A stretch of DNA of 64,000 nucleotides from Trichinella spiralis (Eukaryota). Below the pieces are notes generated by a model. It had not been told where the DNA came from and did not search any database. It saw nothing but the letters and a program-made list of their open reading frames with translations. The position numbers were made by a program, and so were the translations under genes. Location: positions 1,716,571 through 1,780,570 of the forward strand of contig NW_003526940.1 in the NCBI RefSeq assembly GCF_000181795.1. Direction: 5' to 3'. How positions within the stretch are numbered: position 1 is the first letter of the stretch; the number at the start of each line of letters is the position of its first letter. Below, piece after piece: positions 36,084 through 58,628 of this stretch.

Positions 36084-37683
36084 TTCTGGTGTAAGTACGC
36101 CCTTCAACTAAAACACAACCGTGACATACAGTATAACATAAATCAAGCTTTAAAACATTTTTCTTTCATATATATGATTATAAATGCAGGCAAAGTAGTT
36201 TAAAAGAATATTCTAAATTGTGTATTAAAATTTTTAGTCACGTTTATTAATTTTTATCTAACATAATTTTAATAAAAGTTGAGTTTTATATGGTATTAAT
36301 AAAAAGAATCGCAATAATTCATTTCAATTTAATTTTTACACATGTACATATAAATTTAGAGTAGAAAATGTTTTTTATACAGTATTTTGCAAAAATTATT
36401 ACCGTTTCCAGAAGTGAACTGCACAGACAGAACAGTTTCCATGCTTCAGCTATTGTATATATTTTTACAAGAATATAATTTGTATGGTATAAAATTGAAG
36501 TTAACTAAAACGTAGTAATCTAAATGAAATTTAAAAAATTTTTTTGTGAAATTAAGAAGTTTAGAAATATTTTTGCAATGACTTTAAAATTTGTATTTGA
36601 TTATATTTATATAAGCGATTAAAAAAAATTCAGGATTCACTAGCTTGGCACAAGTTCATGAGTTTATAGAATTTTCAAAATGGATTCTCAATATTGACAG
36701 AGTTTAGCAGAAATATAACCATATAACACTGCATGTAAAAGTATTATTACTAAAAAAAAAGTATTCCCCTTGAGGAGTATCTATATCTATATATATATAT
36801 GTATATAATTTATTTGTTACACAAAAAAGTAATCATTAATTAAACGTCAATTCTTCACATAGGCGGCTAAGATGAAAGCTATGCATAGAATGATTTCGAA
36901 TGATATATGCATACATACTTGAGAAATGTGATACAGCTATAAATTTGTTCAGTTAGAGCTGTAAGCTGAACGAAAATGCGTAAACAGTGATCAATCAAAT
37001 GACTGGTTTTGTTAGATTTTTAAACAATTCATTTTCCTACAAGCTGTCAATGCGCAAACATTAACTCCAAAAGTTCTTATGATTACATTCGACCAATTAC
37101 CAACAGCACTGTGCTCTCTCTGTTTGGAGAGGTAATGTTTCAGAAATGAAATTTTTTTTCTTTAAACTACCTAAATTAGAAATAATATTTTACTTTTTGA
37201 AACAAAAAAGCAGTCAAGCTCTCTCTTAACAGAGAGTGATGGATTACATATTTTGGCAATAAAAACAACAACAAACTAAAAACGTTCTACTACAAAGTAA
37301 ATATATGATGGATAAAGTTGAAAAAAATTATTTTTAAAAATCCAATGGTGTGTTTGAAAAAGAAATATTCATTCACCGTTACTAGTAGGAATAAATGTAG
37401 TAAAGTTTGGAGAAGGCAAAAAGAAAGAAAGACATTGACAATCTTGAGCAGTATGCAAAATAATAAATACTTGAAGAACATCCAATAGAAATGAAAAACT
37501 CTGAGATACTTCAGTAATAGTAATTTAAAAAAATAAATTTTGTTTAAACAAAAAGAAAACACTTATTATATATATCTATAGTAAAATGTGGTAATAACAT
37601 ACGACCCAAAATGCAGTGCAATATATAATAAATAAGTAATGAATTAAAAAATGATGACTGAGGTGGATTACATTTGTATTCTA

Positions 37684-40600
37684 TTATAATACATGCTCTT
37701 GTTGTTGTTGTTGTTGTTGTTGCTGTGCTTCTTGTACAAGCTGCTGTTGATTGCCGCTGTCCTGAGTTGTTGCATCACAGCAGGACAAAGTTGATGCAGT
37801 TGCTTGATCACGTGAGAGTGGGATGAGGCGTTGTTGGTGATGATGATTGGCAATTCCTGCCATTGTTTTCTGCTCTTCTTCAGCTGGATAATGATCAATG
37901 GCAATTTCGGTAACGGCCGAGATGTCGCTCAAATAGCCTTCACTGATGCAGTCGGGTAGCAAGGGGTTGTTGATTCGAATTAATTTGTGCTGCTGATGCA
38001 GAGGCGCATATTTGGCAAACGGTGCCGCCCTGTTGCCGCCGGAACGAGAAGAAACACGACCACGGTGATGAGTGGAACGTTTCTGCCCTGTTGTGCCATC
38101 CGCTGCTGCACAACGTCTGTGCTTCCTCTTGTAAATCTTTTCCGTACAACCACCGCCATTGTCACCGGAAGGATGATATCGACCGCCACCACCATTGCAT
38201 GCGAACATCACCACCTCTATATCTGGATATAATTTCATCGTTCTTTTCGGTAAATTCGTGTGTGCAGCATGTCCACTACAGTACACTGAAGGTCTTGCTT
38301 TACTACTACTACCACTACCACTACTATTTGATGTATTTGGAATTGATGCAATTCTCATCTGTTGCTTTTCCATTTCAATTGCTTGTCTGTAACGTTTAGA
38401 AGGTGATGGTAATTCATTCAACGTTTGCACATCCGGCATGTTACCACCACTATTGATCTGATTTGGAATTTCACCACGAATTTGACCAGAACACATTTGC
38501 TGATTCTGAACAATCATCATCATATCAGTATTATCACTAGCACTTGTGCTGTTGTTACTGCTAGTAGTGGTGGTTTTATTGTTGTTGGTAGTGCTGTGGT
38601 TCTGCTGGATATCATTATTAACAGAAGAAGCTACTGCCGTAGTGGCAATACTGATATTTTCAACAAGTAATGGTGCAGCTCTTGAAGACAAATTGCCACT
38701 ATCCGGCTCAGGACTAACATAACGTTCCAAAATTACGTTGTACATACAAAGTGGACAGGTACGATTGAGCAACAACCATGGATCGACGCATTTCTTGTGA
38801 AATTCATGACCACATGAAATTACTCTCAATATCTTAAAAAATAAATACACAGATAAACAGACAGACACTAAATGTTAAAAGTCAAATCTTTCTGACTTGT
38901 CCATCTTTGTAGGATTCCAAACAAATGGCACACCCATCCATTGAATTCAAACTGAGCTTGCTGCCATTAAGCAAACCAGCTTCGACACTGCATTCGTCGG
39001 AAATCTTTTTCGGCTTTCGAAATTTCTTCAACTCCATACGCGCCAAAGCTGCTTCAGCCAATTTTCTTACTGATGTATCCGCGGGCAAAGTATCGCGTAA
39101 TTTCACCTGCACAACAAAAAAAACAAAAATAATACAACAAACAAACAAACAAACAAACAAACAATGATATTACCCGATTTCTGACTCCGCTCAGAAGTAT
39201 CGCTGCAACCAAAAATACCAATAAAATCGATGCCGGAAAAACACCCTTGTCAAAAATTGCAGGAAACATGTCCTTTAAAAAATAAACAGAAATAGAAAAA
39301 AAAAGAATTTGACAAATATTTTAAACTGTGTAAATATCCCCCACTTTGAATGTAGTAGTAGTTTTGGTTGTTGTTGTTGTTGTTGCGCTTTCGTATTCAA
39401 CTGTCAACGGGGTTGTTGGACCAATGGAAGCACTGACTTGTGGTAAATCATGCTTGGGTACCTTGGCCAACAACATCCTCAACATGTTCGCCTGCATACC
39501 ACTCGTAGTGATCACCGGTATATCCACAGCAGGCCATTTTTCGATCTAAAAAATTAAATTATTAAGAAAAAAATAATAATAAATTTATCAAAATTTATAC
39601 TCTGCAATTTTGCATATCCAAAATGACCGCTTTCGCACCGCTATCGAATGCAAACAAAGCCTTGAAACGTAAAAAGAAACTATTTTAATAATGAAAAATT
39701 TACATGAACTGCTTGAAATTTTGGTTACTTGATTGTAAGGTGAAACACAACCTGCTATAAAAGGCTGAATTACTCCATCCATTATGACTACCGCAATTTG
39801 ACCAACTAAAGCACTGTCCAAACCAAGTGAACTTCGTTGGCATGCTCTCAATGGATGAATCTGCAAGGAAAATTAATCATAATAAAGAAATAAATAAATA
39901 TCTTTATAATCTGTATAAAATATTTTTCCCCATGTTGTAAATGGGTAATGAAAAATTTATTCTTTTTTATCTACACAATGAACAGCAGGTGTAGTGTGTG
40001 TGTGTGTGTGTGTGTCAATGGGATAATTTGTGTTGCTGAATGATATAAGTGAAACAAACTTTCACAAACTACAATGACGAACACAGGAAGTATAAGACAA
40101 AAAGCCAGCTGTTGTTCTTGCTTATCGCATGTGTGCTTGAAATAGAAAATGGGCAAAAAGGATAATAATAAGAAAATGCAAAAAATTGTTTCCAACTTCC
40201 TTCAATCAATATTCAAAACTTTTTCATAAAATATGAATAAAATTCATCTGACAAGAGAGATTTGATTTGCTTGGATGATTTTGCATTTGGATAAAAAAAA
40301 AGATGCTATTTTATTTTATCGCTTTGAAAATGTCTGTTGACAACCAACAACAGCTGCAGAGAATTGCTTCATCGTTTATTTTCACATACACAACGTAAAG
40401 GGGAAAGAAAAATTGAATATTTTACATCATGTAACCCACAACAGCAGCAGCAGCAGATGTTTGCGTAGCACATAAATCAAATCAAGTTCAAAAGAGAAGG
40501 AAAAAGAAAAAAATAAAGAACAAAAGAACAAAGATCAAAGAAAATTACCGACTGTGCTTTTTCTCAAAATTTTGAAAAATAAAACACTACGCAATATAAA

Positions 40601-43256
40601 ATAAACAGCAAATTTTCCTTTTATAATATAATCTTTTGTTGAAAAAATTAATAATATTCCACACCCAAAATGATTGCGATGATAAAAAAACATCTACAAT
40701 AATAATGATGATGTAAATGTTTTTCGGAAAAGTAAACAATCATACAGTAATATCAATGTGGGTCACAAAAAAAATTCAAAAAAGAAACGACCTTTTGAAA
40801 ATTAACGTTGGTGAAGTTTTTTCATTTCTGAAACGTCGAAGAAAGAAAAAAAAATAACAACAAAACTTGAAAAAACCAGCAGCAGCAAAAATTCTCAAGA
40901 TAATTTTTTAGAAAATAAAAAAAATCAGACCTTTTTCCTATGTGACGATTGTTTGTGGTACTGTAGAAATATTTTTTTCTTTTTGCAAACTTAAGTTTTA
41001 AAAAAGGAAAAGAAAAACACTAAAAAAAATTATCATAATTTTCCACTGCACAACTATTTTCAACAATCAAATATGCTGTTGTTGTTTTTTAACATCTAAT
41101 CAAAAATAATAATAAAATAAACATAAATAATCAAAAAAAAAGAAAACTTCACAACTGTTACATTTTGCTATAAAGAAATTATAGTAAAGAGAAGAAACAC
41201 AAAAATAGATTATTGCCAAACATGGTAGAATTTTTTGTTGCCAAATGTGCAAAAAGAAAGAAAAAAGTTGCAAATCATCCAGAAAGCAAGCAACACGATG
41301 TTGTGTGTAAGTTTGTTTTTTAAATTATAAAAAAATATTTTGTTGTATAAATGTGATCATTATACGTACATATAATTGTGCATTTTGATTTTCAACCTAT
41401 CCCCGCCCCCATATATCCATCTTATTTATCTACTTTTAATGTGGAACAAAAACAAAACAGAACTTTGCAAATTTTGAAGGCGTCATTAAACTTCATATTT
41501 AATTCCTGCGCGCGTGTGGGTATATAAAATATGATAAATTTTAAAGTGAATTTGAGAAAGTTGAAATTGAATAAAAACTGGATCCAATTTTGAAATTCAA
41601 AGATAAAAGTTCCATTTCAGAGTTCAGAGAACTTAGATCATATTACAGTAGGATGAGAATTTATAGCCACCAGTTTTGTATTGATTTCGCTGGCAGGCAA
41701 ACAAAAACCAGTGCCAACAAAAGCCATTTCCCAATGAATGTCGTTGAAAAGATATTTTTGCATGGTCGGACGGATTGAAAAGAGAAAAATACATTTCAAC
41801 TATTTATTATTATTATTATTACTTGGGTTTGTCAAAGTAATATACAATACACGGATCACCATCAATTAAGAGTCATTAATAAAAAAGAAAATTGATGTCA
41901 CCTTTTATAAAATTCAAATTACCAAAAATAAATGAAAAAATTAACATTTTTATGATTATATTCATTTTATTTTACGTGGACAATTCTTCTTCTGTAGACC
42001 AAGTAAAAGTATCTGATTTTATTTAAATAAATATTCGTATTAATTAATTGAAAAGCTATTTTTACAGTAGAAACTTATCAAATTATTATTATTATTATTA
42101 TTCCACCCATCATATAATATCGAAAGAAAATTATTTCCATTGGAAAAGTTGAAATTTGAACACACAAAAAAGAAAAACTTCTTTTCATTTTAAAAGATTT
42201 GATATATTTCGAAATAAGTATTAAATTGAGAATAAAAATAATTAATGACATTGTCAATGAAAGTGATAAACAAGAAAACAGAAAAACAATGATCAAAGGG
42301 AAATATAAAGCACAGCTGCGCGTGTTTCAAAATTTTTTTTTCACTTTTAAAATTGTTCACACAAATTCTTTGCTATAAGCGCTACGGCATTATTGCTGTT
42401 GTTGTTTGTTGTTGTTTACTGCTTAAATGTAAAATTAAAAAAAAAAATATTCGTTTGCCTATTCGAGTCGAATTATACAAAATCATCTAAGCGAACGTTA
42501 CGAATAAATGAATAAAATAAATATTATATATTATATGAAAGGAGAAATTTCCATACAGCAGCTGCTGTTGGTGGTGCGCTTAGCCAGAGGCGACGTTGAA
42601 AGCCGCCAAAGCGGCGCCGGCACTGAGTCGGCGCTGTCAAACACAGACGGACGGCCGCTAATTACGACGGCCTGAGTTATCGACGCTTGATTGAAGCCGT
42701 TGCGCCGGCGCGCCCAGGGCCGGGCCGTAAATCAACCGGGCCACAGAATGCCGGCCGACACCAAAGGATTGCCGCCAAACCGGCGGCTAATGTCTCTCTC
42801 TCTCTCTCTCTTGTAAATAAATATAATTCATCTTCTCTCAATGCTGCTGTTCTCCTACCTTCTTCTTCCCCTATCCCACCACTTATATATGCACATTTCA
42901 ATTGATTGATTGATCGATCGATCGATCGATTGTATTGATTAAAATTATAAAATTAAAATAGTATGGCAAAAAAGTAATATTATAATAAAATAAAAGACTC
43001 CTACTTGAAATATTCGACCAACCACCGAACGTCGCTTGCCATAGACTGAATAATTGCCGGACAATGTTGCCGAACCGTCACTGAAGAACAATTCAATTCT
43101 CGCATTACCAGTGACCATCACCGACCCCGGTTGACTATCGACGTTGACCAATGCCGGACAAACTTTCCCATACCCAAGCAGCATGATCAACAACAACACT
43201 AGCAAACGTCGTCGAGGACGCCGCAAACCAACAACTCCGTGCAACAACGGCAGCAT
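37684..43256 (-). CDS. ZNRF3: PA-domain transmembrane RING-H2 E3 ligase, ZNRF3/RNF43/PLR-1 family, multi-exon
   Basis: Signal peptide, VVGRIFQ|IHPLRAC PA-like ectodomain, TM (ASILLVFLVAAILL), KLAEAALARMELKKF, RING CAICLESYKDGQ|ILRVISCGHEFHKKCVDPWLLLNRTCPLC, and a long S/N/H/Q-rich tail. Confidence 0.8.
39994..40015. repeat. (GT)n microsatellite in ZNRF3-like intron 1
   Basis: Directly visible. Confidence 0.9.
42560..42790. promoter_or_regulatory. GC/CpG-rich intronic block, candidate enhancer
   Basis: Abrupt GC-rich non-coding island near the 5' end of intron 1. Motifs: GCCGCCA (42602, 42771), CGGCGGC (42781), ACCAAAGG (42760), CTGTCA (42634), GTAAATCA (42727). Confidence 0.5.
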
Positions 43257-43859
43257 TGCTTTTTATTGTTTTTTTTTCTATTTCTACAATTCTGCTCTTT
43301 CTGTTGTTCACATACAATGAAAACTCTGTGCTTTTCCAACTTTTGAAATGCTGAATTAAAAAAAAACAACAAATTATTAAATTTGAATACAAATAAAAAA
43401 AAACAACACGCTTCTGCTGTTACAACAACAAACAACCAAAATACGCGAACAGCAACCAACCAACCAACAACCATCACCAGCGTGTGTATGTGTGTATCTC
43501 TGTTGTGAATAGTAGTAGTAGTAGTGTTTGTGCTGCTTGCGCACTGGTTGGCTAATTTGGTTGGTCGGGATCCGTACACTTCAGACTTCGAATGCCACTC
43601 CATTTCCTGTTGATTTGCAATATTTAAATTATTTTAAAGCATCAAGAATAGCAGACATCAGGGCTGGCGAGTGGAAGAGAGAATTTCAAATAAACCTTGG
43701 AACCAAATGGAATTGTTGCTTTGGTTTCAGATATGTAGCTTTTAATGAGAAAAAAAATAATAATCTGATGATCACCTAGTTAGTGATCAGCACAAATGAT
43801 GACGACCAGAATGTGGTGGACGTGAAGAATGAGAAAGTGGATAATAAATGAAATCAAAA

Positions 43860-44115
43860 ACGCTGAACCAAGAGAAGAAAGCCGACGCCACCTGGCGGAA
43901 ATTGTTGCGGCCAAAACTGTAAGTTGCCGGCGCTCGTCGGCAGAGTACAAAGGCGCCGACAAACGCGACCGCGCGGTCGTAAATCTCCGCGCAGGCGATC
44001 ACGTGACCGACGTCGCACCTTTTGATTGGCGCGCCAGTGTCGCCGCCGCCGCGCGCGCGCAACGCCGAACTTGAACCTTTTGTTGAACGGCGCGCAACAA
44101 CTTTCCCCCTTTGTT
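43860..44115 (-). promoter_or_regulatory. CpG-island-like promoter of the ZNRF3-like gene
   Basis: CpG-dense island about 600-850 bp upstream of the ATG. Contains E-box TCACGTGA (43999-44006), ATTGG, TGGCGCGCCA (44027-44036) and TCF-like sites. Confidence 0.55.
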
Positions 44116-47100
44116 TACTTTTATATGCAAAATTTTTTTTGTTATCCTTCTCTGTTTTTTTCTTTCTTTTTCTTCTTAATTATCTTTTTCAACTTACCGT
44201 ACACTGAATGAAAAAAATTCAATTTTTTTGTATCATTTAATTTTGAAAAATGAACTCTTGTTATTAATTTTTTTTCAAATAATAAAGTGAAAAATTTGGG
44301 TCGAAAAGGTTATTCTATTCGTTTTCCGCTCGCACGAACGCTGACAATAAATAGACAATTCCGCTTTTGGAATTTTCAAAATCAAACGAAAAATTCAAAA
44401 TTTATTTAAAATATATTTTGAAATTTCAACAACAACAACAATAATAATAATATTGAAAACGATCAACAGATTATCAAGAATTTTTTTAAAAACTGTTTAT
44501 CATTTGCTGAAATCAAAATTTTTTCTAATTTTACCATGTTTCTTTTTTTTAACTATGAATAAATAGAAATAGTGGGAGAATCTGGTGATTTTTTTGACAA
44601 AATTTTTGACGTTGGTTTTTGATCATCATTATTCGACAGACAACGGCAACAAATATTGCTTGTCAACTGGTGAAACAATTGTCGGAACGAGATGCGTCGG
44701 TTTTTTTTGCTTTTTAAGTTTTTTTTCACCTCCAAATATTTAAAAAAAGGTGAAAAGACAAGCAACATATTTCACTTTGATGGGAAAAGAAAATTACAAT
44801 TTATTTATTCAATTGTTCAAAAGAATATTAATTTATCAATTTCCATTTCACAAGAAAAGAATATGCATAATAGTTAGCATTTGTATTTGACGTGATGAGA
44901 ATTTGAAAATGAGTTCGGCTTTTGAATGTATTTTCCAGTTGAAATTCAACCCATTCGCCCCGAATATATTTGTTGTTGTCATAATTGAATTATATTGCTT
45001 TGCTCAAATTGATTAGAAAAATTCTCTCAATTCAATTTATATAATCATCAAAAGATAAATTTAAACCGATATTTGCATTATCAAATGGCTTTCAAATGCA
45101 CTGAAATATAGAAAAGTTGTATATACTATGTGTAACAATTGTACAATCTACGAGAAAATATGTAAATATTTTTTTTCCATTGTTAGCTTTCTTTTTGCAT
45201 ATTTTAAAAATTATGACGACGCTTGAAAATTTTTGAAACAACAATATCAATGTTGCTTTTGAACAAACGGTGCTGTTCAATTGTCAACAATTTCAAAAAA
45301 TCATTTCCCTGATAAATCATCTTCAAACTATGATGTCAATATAGTGTTGAAAATAAAACATTTTTTATTTTTATCCAAATTTTTTTTGTTCTTTATTTTG
45401 AGAAAACAAAAAAACGCTTTGCTCAAGCTTTGCAATAATAATAATAATAATAGCAACAATAATTAATACTGATGCTGTGCTGTTTGTTGCATTGGTCAAA
45501 TTTAAAATGATTCTTTTCTGTTTAAATTATTAATTACTCCATTAAATGGAGTGTAGAAAATTGCAGTTTGTAGAAATTGTGCTTTTGAAATTTTAATTGA
45601 TCGTTTGCCAAAAAATTATTTCCAAAAGCAGAACAATTGACGCATTAATTTTCAATCATTACCATAAGCAGTTGTTGTTTCTACATGGCAAAAATAAGAA
45701 TTATTTCTGTTTAATTGTTGTCAAGGATGGAGAAGAATGGAATAAAATATTATAATTATTCAGTTGATTTGAAAACTTCTTTTTATTCTTAAATATACAT
45801 CGAATGATTTATGAGAGTTACTTTTTCAAAATTTCTTGAAATTTTTCTTTTTTAAATAACCATTAATTATTGATAAATAATTGTTCACCAGCGTGGAGCA
45901 AAACTTTTAAATTATTTCTAAAAACTGTTTTGCAGAAAAACTGACGTAAACCGATCTATCAACATTTTTATGTACAGTAATTTTTTTAAATTTTCCACTC
46001 GTCTACTGAGAATCTATTTTTTTTCTCGAAACATAACTGTTGAAAAAACTTTTCATAATCACAAATTTTTGTTGATTTTGTTTGTGATAGTATGAAAAAA
46101 ATTATAATAAATTTATCGAATGAAATGCTGTTCATTTGTAGACTCTGAAGAGTGAGGGGTATGAGAGCGGGAGGGGATTATGAGATTTCACTTTTCATTA
46201 TCGATGAAAGTAAAATCAAGTTCAAATAAAAGCGATTCCATTTTCCAAATGCTCTTCCAAAAATAAGCGGTTCGTTTTACTTATCGTTTGTTTAGTAAAT
46301 TTATATTATTTCAATAACTTCCAGCTTTTGAAACTTTTTAACTTTACCAAATCCAAATGAATATTCATTCAATTATTACTATTATAATTATAATATACGA
46401 TGAAATAAATTTCATAAATAATACATTTGTAAAATTATTTTTTTTAATTAAAATAACATTTTTCTTTTCTTTTTCTTTGAAATTTCAAGATTTGGAAAAA
46501 TCGATACACAAGTGAAAAGAAAATACGTTGAAGTATCGGGATTATTTCTTCAATTAAATGAAATTGAACAGTCTCTCTCTCGTTTGGACTTGCTGAGCTT
46601 AATTAAAACTATTTTGAAATTCAATTTTCCAACTCTGATTATTCAAATTGGCCAACAACTTCATTTAACACGATGAATTTTTCATAATTCTACCATCATT
46701 CTATAAATTATTATTATATAATTCTTAGCATATTGTAAATTATTCATTTTCTATCTGTTATTGAAGATGAATGATGAATTTGGATAAAAGAAATTTCTTC
46801 TAATAATTGCAACTAAGTTGACCAACAGATTATTGCAAATTGCAACAAAACTCAAATAAATCTCACATTCTTCAACTATAAATAAAATAAAAAATTTGAT
46901 AGATGAATAATCTTTCAATGTTTTTACTTTTAATAATTCAATCCACCATGTGCACAATGACGCAGTTGAAAGTAGCAGTAGTAGTAGAATTGTTCACTTA
47001 TTCCGCGATTGAATTTGAATATGCAATTTAAACATAAATTTAAACTTTGAGAAGTGGAGGAAAATTGAAATGAAAAAGTATTTTTTTTGGTTTACAATTA

Positions 47101-47748
47101 AAATCCGAAAGCAACGCTGCTATAATATGCGCATCAATTGATTGACGAAGCGTTTTAATTTTTTTTTCTTTTCACTCGTAGACAAAATACATTTTTTTCG
47201 AAATATTTTTCCAACTAGACTTGTGAAAAAAGTATTCCACAAATAATATCTTTTGATTAATCAATTTGATTTAAATCTAACTCATACAGACAGATAGATA
47301 TCTTTAATATGTTATTCATTTTTTGAAATCATAATTTTGATTATATTGAACAATCGTTTTTTCTCAACTGATATTATATTATCCAATAGATGGAATACAT
47401 TTCAAATCGGAATACTTCTCTTATTAAGCTACAATTAATTGGTCGATTGGACTGACTGATCGTGTGCAAAAGAGCCTTCTAACGGCAAAGTTGTGCCTTC
47501 TCCATTCACCGCTATTATGCAATCACGAGGTTAAAAAAATCAATGTCCAAATCTGACTAGTATTTTTTTATGGAAATTTTAAGATTCTCCTGCTATAAAT
47601 AAATAAATAAATAAACAGCTTTCAGAATCATCCAAGTTCCAATTAAAACAACCAATGTCGGGAAAATTTTTATTAATTCATCAAAAAATACATTAATAAA
47701 AATAAACATACGGTATGGTCATCATCAATAATGCTTCATTCATGATGA

Positions 47749-48027
47749 TCAAACTTCAGGTCCTTCACCACCAGGAATTAGCATGGCGATGTGAGTGCCG
47801 TTGAGTAGAATCTGATCGAGTCTGGTGATACGTTTCCCTTCGGTAGTGGTCTCGTATTCGATCACATCTTCCAGGACAATGTTCACGTAGTCGTCGAATC
47901 CAAGCAACGTGCCGACCAACTCTTTGTTCCCTTTCATCACGATCCACAATTTCGATCCGATGCATTTGTCGATCAATTCCAACGGCAGAAGAGTGGATGG
48001 ATTCACTGCGGTCGAAGGTGTGGCCAT
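47749..48027 (-). CDS. LSM5: U6 snRNA-associated Sm-like protein LSm5, intronless CDS
   Basis: [47 protein letters not shown]...LDQILLNG...[11 protein letters not shown]. Confidence 0.97.
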   Translation of the reverse strand: MATPSTAVNPSTLLPLELIDKCIGSKLWIVMKGNKELVGTLLGFDDYVNIVLEDVIEYETTTEGKRITRLDQILLNGTHIAMLIPGGEGPEV

Positions 48028-48881
48028 TGTTGTTGTTGTTGTTGTTTACAGCTGTGAAAATTTCTTGTCAAAACAAAATTTCATATTAAATCCAACAACA
48101 TCAATAAACAATTTTTCAAACAATCCAAAAATAATTATCATTTGTACAAGTGACAATAACAAGTAGAGCAAAAAACAAAGAAAAATACTCGTGATGATGA
48201 TCCAAAGTTGAAATTTGCATTTCACTTTTCATTTTAATTGCATCACAACAACAGCCCGAATATTAATTAATAAAAAAGGACAGATAGTCTTCAAAATTAA
48301 TAATTTTTTTAAAAAAAGCGTACGCTTTTTGTCACTGCTGCATTAAAAAAATAAAAATTAAAAATCTGCACCCACATCTGCATGCAACAAATGTGCGTTT
48401 CAAACAAAACGGTAAATGATAATAATTCAAAAGAGCAAAAGAAAAAAAATACAAATTTTAAGCTTCTCAACCAGCGAGAAGGTGAAGATCAAAATGCGCC
48501 ATATTGTGAAAGTGAGCAAAACACTGCGCACCGATTAAGCAACAAAAATAAATAAAAAAATATATATCATCACCATGATTATCAAATTGTAAAAATAATA
48601 ATAATTTCACAAAAGAAGAAGCAGTTTTGGAATGAAAAGATTAAATAAATGAAAAAGAAAAGCAGCAAACAAACAATAAACAACAACAATAGCAATAAAA
48701 ATAATAATAACAGTAACAAATGGAAAAGATAAATTTTAAATTGACCATCCATCCAAATGATGACTGATCATCATCTAAATGTTCTTAGCAGCAATACTAC
48801 TACTACTACTACTAGTAGCAGTAGTTGTAGCAGGCCACTCACCAAGCTATATATGGCTATAAATATGTCCAAGATGTGTGA

Positions 48882-58628
<9,747 letters not shown>

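Noticed and set aside
36944..36974. 11-bp hairpin TTTGTTCAGTT/AGCTGAACGAA
   Set aside because: Its G-U pairs work only on the plus strand, antisense to the flanking genes. It is short and plausibly chance.
42901..42932. TGATTGATTGATCGATCGATCGATCGATTG as Pbx/Hox sites
   Set aside because: Indistinguishable from a (GATT/GATC)n microsatellite.
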